Source: Eledone cirrhosa
Lineage: Eukaryota
Length of the DNA stretch: 64,000 nt
Reading direction: 5' to 3'
Assembly: GCA_964016885.1 (NCBI GenBank)
Contig: OZ024740.1
Coordinates: forward strand, 164,610,001-164,674,000
Positions 55,826 through 64,000 of this stretch are shown piece after piece. A program made the translations under genes and the position numbers. Below the pieces are notes generated by a model that made no database searches, was not told the DNA's origin, and was given only the letters and a program-made list of their open reading frames with translations. Numbering within the stretch: the first letter of the stretch is position 1; each line of letters opens with the position of its first letter.

Positions 55826-56024
55826 AACCAGTAAGACCCCGACAGCTGAGCTCAAGCCGTTTCGACGGCTAATTCTGCCAGAATTTTGCGAGAATTAGCC
55901 GTCGAAACGGCTTGAGCTCAGCTGTCGGGGTCTTACTGGTTCCTATTACCCACTCTACTACCTCAAGTATCGAGTACTTTGGTGCGTTATGGTCCACCTG
56001 GTTCCTTACCACATTTCCTTCGTT
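55823..56024 (+). mobile_element. Mini fold-back of family A in (TA)n
   Basis: Perfect inverted arms of about 55 bp plus an 80-nt tail. Confidence 0.92.
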
Positions 56025-56359
56025 ATATATATATATATATATATATACATATTTATAAGAAGGTATGTAATTCGAAGGCTGTGACAATAATAAGAGAAGG
56101 CAGCAAAGTTGCTCTGTGTTACCTGTTCTTAAATCTAAAACGACCTTAATTTTCGAGATAGAAATCTCCTCATCGGAAGACAAAGACCTTGGAAGATAAT
56201 GAAAATGTTTTAGCTTGGATGTGCCATCTTTTCTTTCTATTTATGCCATTATTAGCCGGAACTGGTAATAGAAGGTGTGAGAAATTTTAACGTCTTTGTG
56301 TTTGTGTGTGCTCTCTTCCATTTTTGAAATGAATATTGTATTTATTCATTTACTTATTT

Positions 56360-56400
<41 letters not shown>

Positions 56401-57001
56401 TATATATATATGTATATTTATTTATTATTATTGTTTAATATATGTGTATACAAATGCAGGTATATTTGTATAATGAGTATTGCGCTGTTATGCAATGGGT
56501 ATTTTGTATGTGTTATGGCTCATGCATACATGCACACACCTATATATGAGTCAAGGAACGATGCATGCGCACGCAGGCATATGTGTATGTCATATACTGT
56601 TACTAGACGGCGGCGGTGTTGTGCATTAAGTTCAAATAGGCAGACGGGTGTCTTCTGTCGGTTTGCGGCTTACCGTTGGTGTGTTGTGCGTTTTCATGTT
56701 TTAATGTGTTGCGTTTTCAGAGGTTTGTTTGTATTGCGTGTTGATATAAGCACTGATAGGCACTGTGCCAAACATTCATATATGTATGATTGTACAATTG
56801 GTATTGTTATATGAAAGGTATATTGTGCCGGGCTTTAGCTTGTCGTTAGTGTGCTGTGCGTTTACGAGTTAAATGCGTTGCATGTTTAGTGTTTTGTTGA
56901 TGTATTGTGTGCTGAATTCTATACTTAAACGCACAATGCTTCAAGCAAATTACAGCACTCTCTTATATATATATGAGAGTGTTGTAGTTTTCTTGAAGCA
57001 T

Positions 57002-57064
<63 letters not shown>

Positions 57065-57605
57065 CTGAAGACGGCGGGTAGTGAAGACGTATGTATTTTA
57101 TTCTTATTATGCTATTTTGTAATATTTTACATAGATCAATAATTGAATACGGTGAACTACTCCCCAGATACGATCGTAAAATAATGAGTTTTACTATGAA
57201 TTAACCGTTTTGTGTTTAATTTCATTGTTTTAATATTTCTATATATATATATAAGTTTGTTGATTACATTAATTAATTAATCTGCAAATTATTATTAATG
57301 TTTGTTGCAATTATATTTCATCAAAACGAACGTAGAAGTTAATGATTTCAATTATAATCTTTGGTTTTCAACTTATATATAAATATATTTATATATATGT
57401 ATGCATGTGTATATATATATATATAGATAGATATATATATAGTATAAAAGAGAAAACACAGGTAAGCATTAAGAGAAGGATTTTATCCAGGTATTTACGA
57501 CCGTTTCATTGGTAAGTGCAACCTTATATTGCTATACTTCAAATAGCAACCACTCAATTATAATTGTTGTTCACGGTCCAAATTTTCAAAATAGTGTTTG
57601 CTTCT

Positions 57606-57686
<81 letters not shown>

Positions 57687-57862
57687 TAAATATGTTTTGA
57701 AACAGTGAGCAGGTTTGAAATTAGAAAATAGAATAGCTTTCACCGTATTTTTTTACTAAAGAAATTTTAGTCTGATAATGGGGTTTAGAACCCTCAGATA
57801 AATGGAAAAAGATGTACATGTATATATACACATGTATATACACATGTATATATACACAATAG

Positions 57863-57913
<51 letters not shown>

Positions 57914-58230
57914 TATATATATATATGCATGTATATATATATATATATATGCATGTGTATAATATATATATATATATATATATACTCACACAAACACACA
58001 CAAACACACACACACACAGCACACACACATATATATATATATAGTATATGGATAGATACCTGTATTTAGCTGTACATTTGATTATGGCAGAATGTAATGG
58101 AACTGTTGACATTGGCCTATTCTCCTTGCTATTGGCAACCAGGTGGCCTTCTAATAAAAATTACATATTTTAAAATAAATCAATTCTGTTCTGTTACATG
58201 TTATGGTCGTACTAATAGCTTTACACGGGC

Positions 58231-58294
<64 letters not shown>

Positions 58295-58325
58295 TGTTCA
58301 TATGAATAGTGTCAGAAACACGCAC

Positions 58326-58366
<41 letters not shown>

Positions 58367-59636
58367 TGTTCATATGAATAGTGTCAGAAACACGCACATA
58401 TATAATATGTATATATATATATATATCGAACCGAAATACTGTCTCAAAGCGGTCTTCTTATAATGTAATTAGATGTGTATGAATGTGTTTTATAATATAT
58501 ATACCAATGTATACCAACGTAAGAGAAAGAAAAACTAGATTGTTGGCATGTATACGAACTCGCACATACATAGTTCGTCTTGCTGTTGTTTAATTAAATT
58601 AATACAGCGAAATTTATTCTCTAGAAAATGTGATCCCCCAAATATAACAGCCCAACACAGCACTTTCAAAGAGACTCGAACTCGTACAGATTTTAGAATA
58701 AATAACTATTTTTATAGACTTACAGATACTCCAGAACCTTTAATCTGGGAGCGAGCAGTGTAGCGAATCGCTTGTAATTATAAGACAAAATCTCTTTTTC
58801 TGCACGAGATTAATATGAATTGCAATGACATATTTGGTTTTGCAATTTAATCATTTCAATAATTAAGAATTATACTTATATTTTGCGACGCCAGAAAGCC
58901 ATGTGCACACACGCACAACCGAATGCACATATAAAAATAAAAATGTATGTACATTAAATTCAAGTATTTAATAAATAAAGACGGCGAATTGGCAGAGTCG
59001 CAAGTGCAATTGATTAAAAATGCCTCGATGTTTGTTTTGATTGTGAGTTGTGTTCAAATCCTGAGCTCCCTTTATCTTCCATCATATCGATGTCAATGAA
59101 TAAACTGTCCAGCATCGGGATGCATACTTCCCCACACTCTCTCTTTCTTTCCCTGGAAGAAATTGCATGCCGTCGGACTTGGAGTGGGATGTGCTTCGCC
59201 AGGTATAATATACCGAAGACGTGAGTTAAGGTGGTACCCCTACGACTCCACTAAGATTTAACAGCTTTCTTTTTAAAAGATACATATATCATGTGCGCTC
59301 CTGTGCTTGTGACCATTCAACCGCCGGCATATCATGGCATTTTACAAATGTAATCTATGCTCACACAAAGCTAGGGACATTTTTTTGCATACACATGTGT
59401 AGGGTATACTGATAAAAACATAAAATTGGAGTGTTTTAGAAATACATTATATCAGTGTTGCGTGTATTTTAATAATACACGTAACATTAAAATGACTGTT
59501 GTATACATAACAGTATCTGAATGGGTGGCTTATATTTACTTAACATTCAGAAGTGGTATGTATGTATGTATGTATGTATGTATGTATGTATGTATGTATG
59601 TATGTATGTATGTATGTATGTATGTATGTATGTATG

Positions 59637-59692
<56 letters not shown>

Positions 59693-59713
59693 GAAAACAT
59701 GTGTGTGTGTGCA

Positions 59714-59760
<47 letters not shown>

Positions 59761-61861
59761 AGAGAGAGAAAGAGAGAGAGAGAGAGAGAGTGTGTGTGTG
59801 TGTGTCTGTGTCTGTGTGAGTGAGTGTGTGGCACAGACATACACTGCCCTCGAGGATTTTAGGTAATGTAAAACTTGAGAACAACAAACGTTTGAACGTA
59901 ATAGATTTGTGTATTTATCCGCCGGGAGACTGTCAGTAGAAGGTGAATTTTTTCTTTAGCTATGTAAATAAACAATAGCGAATATAGCTGCAATAACAAC
60001 ACTATTTTCAGCAATAGCACCCACGCCGGCAGCAAAGGAAACTCTAATAGCAATATCATTTAAAAACACTATTTTAATAGAAAAAATGTAATATCAATGA
60101 ACGAAGAAAATAAAATATTAAATCTTGACTTCCACAGAATTTTTACTTACGGGTATTTTAAGACGTTATCCTCATTCAACAATTTAGTCATTCAATTTGT
60201 AATAATGTAACGCTTGTTTGGTATTCTTTCCTTAGCCAGCTATATATACAGTTGTCTCTGTCACCGCTAATAGCCTTAGTAATAACACCAACACTAACCC
60301 CTACACTGCCACTACCCCTACAACCAGTTAAAATCAGGAGATGTACGACCATAATTACCGTTAACCTTATGAGCACCACCACCGCCACCACAACTAGGAA
60401 TACCATCAATATCAGCCTAATGATTAATATTTCCCGCCATCAAACGTTCCCTATAGTACTCATACCACTCGCAGCAACAACAATACTACATGTGAGACAA
60501 ATCTCCTACAAACTCCACCCTACAATATGTCCAAGAAAACGGACTTGGTGGATAATGGAGTTCTTGTTTCGTTACATATAACAAAAAGTGGTGGCTTTGA
60601 TAATGATATTAGGTAGAAACCCAATTTCTAAAAATAATATCAGGTGGTCATGGCCGGAATATCTTTATTCATAAATATTTCCAGTCAGGGTTTACTTGGG
60701 GTTAAACAACAATAACAGCAATACGAACTTTATCACCATTACCACCCATTGCCATAATCCTCACCAGCACTCTAAACATCACCAACAGCGATTATCTTTA
60801 TTAATTGCAATACCACCTACCCCATAAACCCCTCAAATATTATCATCGCCTGACCTCCGCCCATTTATCATCCCTATCAGTGCAACGAACGTCTCTTTCC
60901 CCACCGTAACACACACCAGCAACACCAACATTACTGTCGCTCAATGATCTGCTAGAAATAACAGCCAAATCACCCCCAAAGGACAACCTAGGTGGGAGAC
61001 ACATTTGATAATGCTATCCTAGATAAAAACATGGGTTGGTCACAGCTTAATTGCAATTAGGGTTGGTTTGTAAATAAACATCAGCAACAACAGCAAAGCT
61101 GGGAAGACAGTGACGCACTTCCGATTCTTGGATGTAATATATTTCCTGTTTGGCGGCACAAATATTCGGATTAGAATGTAAGTCATAACAACTCATGTAC
61201 CTCCATTTTAACCCCTTTATTATTGTTGTTGCTTTCTTTTTTAATATAAAGAAATATTCAGAGTAAAATTATAAGGAACATCAAAATAACAGAAATATTG
61301 TCACATCTAAAGTTAAGGTATCAAATTCGCGAATATTTGGGGGCAGCAAATAATGATGTGAGCGATATCTTCTCCAGTGATATTGTAAAATCGACATTTT
61401 CTTTTAACAAAGTGGTGGATTGGAGGCATACTTAAGTCTCTTAATGATCAGTATGTCTGTATGAATGAATATATGTATGTTTTTCGATTTTATTTTTTGC
61501 AAATATTCTCACGTAAGGAAACAGAGCTAGTTAATAACACAGAAAGGAGTGTTTCGTTTGAACTTAGACAACATCAGCTGAGTAATCAGTATGATTGTAT
61601 GGAGATATGGAAATGCATGACTTGTTGTGCCAGCACGAAGTTAGCCCACCGGGAGTGAAAAGGAGATGCGCATTGTCAGAACATCATTCTAGGGAAAGGG
61701 AAACTCTGATGCGAAACCTGTTACTCGATGGTAGCCAATGATGTTTATGTATTCTTCTTTTTAGATACTTGTCATCTTTGCTAAGAGAGCGGGATTGGTC
61801 TAGTGCACTAAAAGTGCTTCAAACACAGGTGTCATTTGGTCTACACGTATTTCATGTGTTA

Positions 61862-62034
61862 AACTAATATATTTCTTCAACATACTGTTTCGTTTGCTAT
61901 GTTATATCTGTTTAATTGTTGCACACAGACGCACACTAACACACACAGACAGACAGACAGACATACACACACACACACACACACAGAAACACATATATAT
62001 ATGTGAGTATGTGTGTGTGTGGGTGTGCGTGTGA

Positions 62035-62128
<94 letters not shown>

Positions 62129-62270
62129 ATGTGTGTGTGTGCGTGTGTCAAAATTAAGCAGAAATAACATAGCAAACACAACAGTATGTTGAAGAAATAT
62201 ATTAGTCTAACGCTTGAGATAGCAGAGTCTTCACGTTTCGGAACCTTTTCCTTCATCAGATCATAGATTG
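61862..62270. mobile_element. Two convergent 3' ends of a (CA)n-associated PLE-like repeat
   Basis: 61862-61921 (+) matches 62147-62210 (-); degenerate hammerhead CTGATGA-aggaaaaggttcc-GAAAC-GTG on the minus strand at 62228-62262. Confidence 0.55.
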
Positions 62271-62462
62271 AGAAATAAAAGATAAATAGATATATAAAGA
62301 GTGAAAAGAGGAAGAAATGGGGGGAAAAATACATGTGATATTCAGTCAGCCACTTTTTAGATTTGCTGGTGAAGGGGTATCTGACTAGTTAGAGCGGTTT
62401 AGGAAGGGAGGTAATCATTGTAGATGTGGACATGTCTCCCCCCCCACTCTCTCTCTCTCTCT

Positions 62463-62529
<67 letters not shown>

Positions 62530-63133
62530 CCATTTCTTATTTTATGTGCATGCATCATTTTAATTTCACCCAGAAAGACATAGAACACTCATGCATGCAT
62601 ACATACATCCACAAATACATGCATACACGTACATATGCATGTATGTGCATGTATGTATGCACATATCTGTGTTTTATAGCGTTGTGGGTAAAGATAAATT
62701 GAAGAATGCACATAAAAATTAGAAAGGTTATTTATTTAGTTTATACGTCTAAGCAATTAAGACCACCCATTATGCATGATAAAGAAAGCGTTGTGATGCG
62801 TCTGTAAGTATATCGGTATTTATGTATGTATTTATATGTGTGTGGGTGTGCATTTGTGTATCAGTGTGTCTAGGTGTGTACATATTTATAGATATATGGG
62901 TGTGATAGTATATTTATTTAATAACAGAACAGTGTAATTCTCTCTTATTCCGTTGCTCTACGAACGCAGGGAAGCATGTATACGCACACGTGCGCACACA
63001 CACATAAATACATGCACTCACGCACACGCACACACAGGATCGCATACACACAAACACACACATATTTATATATATATATATATAATAAGTGTGTATATGT
63101 ATGGATGCGTGCATCAATTATATATATATACAT

Positions 63134-63730
63134 ATATAAATTACACAATTATCAGTTATGTTCAAATCATTTAATTGCTGACAATCGTTTCTTCCAAACT
63201 TTCGTTTGGCATCATCGGAGGATTAGCAATTTTTGTACATATAATTAACTCCCTTTTCAACTGAACAATCATATAGATACATATATATTTAATGTTGTGA
63301 ACAACAGTTTCGTATTTACAGGGTGTAATGGATGCGACATATATTATACGAGAATTCTACTCTCTTGTATTATCTGTCGCATGTATTCCACTCTGTGCTT
63401 TTAATTTGAATTTGAATGTTTGTACAATTCTCGTATAATATATGTCGCATCCATTCCACCCTGTAAATACGAAACTGTTGTTCACAACATCAATATATAT
63501 GTATCTATATGATTGTTCAGTTGAATAGGAGGTTAATTATATGTACAAATATTGCTCTGATGACTCCAAACGAAAGTTTGGAAGAACCCATTGTCAGCAA
63601 TTAAATGATTTGAACATAACATTGATTATTGTGTAATTTATATTCCTGCTCTGTAAAACACCTGATGTTCTTGAGCTATTTCACTTACTGGTAATAAGAT
63701 AGTAATAAATTACTGACCTTTCCTGTTTAT
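63134..63730 (+). mobile_element. Fold-back PLE end (family F) with tail
   Basis: Arms about 63134-63356 and 63426-63643, tail from 63644. Confidence 0.85.
63551..63601 (+). ncRNA. Hammerhead ribozyme (family F); mirror copy at 63174-63230 (-)
   Basis: attgct-CTGATGA-ctccaaac gaaa gtttggaa-GAAC-ccattg-TC-agcaat. The mirror keeps GAAAC-gatt-GTC but has CCGATGA, so the consensus is canonical. Confidence 0.75.
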
Positions 63731-63778
63731 AGTTGTTTATAGTATATACATAACTATAAATAGTATCATTATTATTAT

Positions 63779-63889
<111 letters not shown>

Positions 63890-64000
63890 CAAGTATTGTA
63901 CCGAGAAAAATATAAACGTCGGCGTGAAAGAGAATAGGAATTTATATGCTGACTACAATATATATTGTTCAATCAATACTTAATATATTCATCACACTTC

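Noticed and set aside
60180-61100. Thr/Ile-rich ORF and ctgctagaaataacagcc motif (also near 6580)
   Set aside because: Low-complexity sequence plus old dispersed-repeat fragments; boundaries and class cannot be supported

Overview
AT-rich, microsatellite-dense eukaryotic DNA with no recognisable host gene. The SINE type and repeat landscape suggest an octopod cephalopod (inference). The window is dominated by Penelope-like retroelements (PLEs) inserted into (TA)n arrays: one copy with an intact RT plus GIY-YIG ORF (7850 onward), about six disrupted coding copies of at least three types, and over a dozen non-coding 3'-end insertions shaped as (TA)n - inverted arm - arm - tail - (TA)n. By eye I count about 20 type I hammerhead ribozyme motifs from more than ten sequence-unrelated families. 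Most have palindromic loop 3, and two families have the compensatory U3:A8 core. The main new signal is that eight otherwise unalignable families carry the same covarying bulged hairpin, RCTC-stem-loop-stem-(1-2 nt bulge)-GAGY, in their tails. It lies downstream of the ribozyme and a few nt 3' of a TAT/ATAT motif where the element joins its microsatellite target. The window also holds a full-length decayed Tx1-like (L1 clade) LINE and more than ten tRNA-derived SINEs whose 3' end shares a covarying stem-loop and tail with that LINE. Most listed ORFs are microsatellite artefacts. All structures were read manually; no folding or database search was run.
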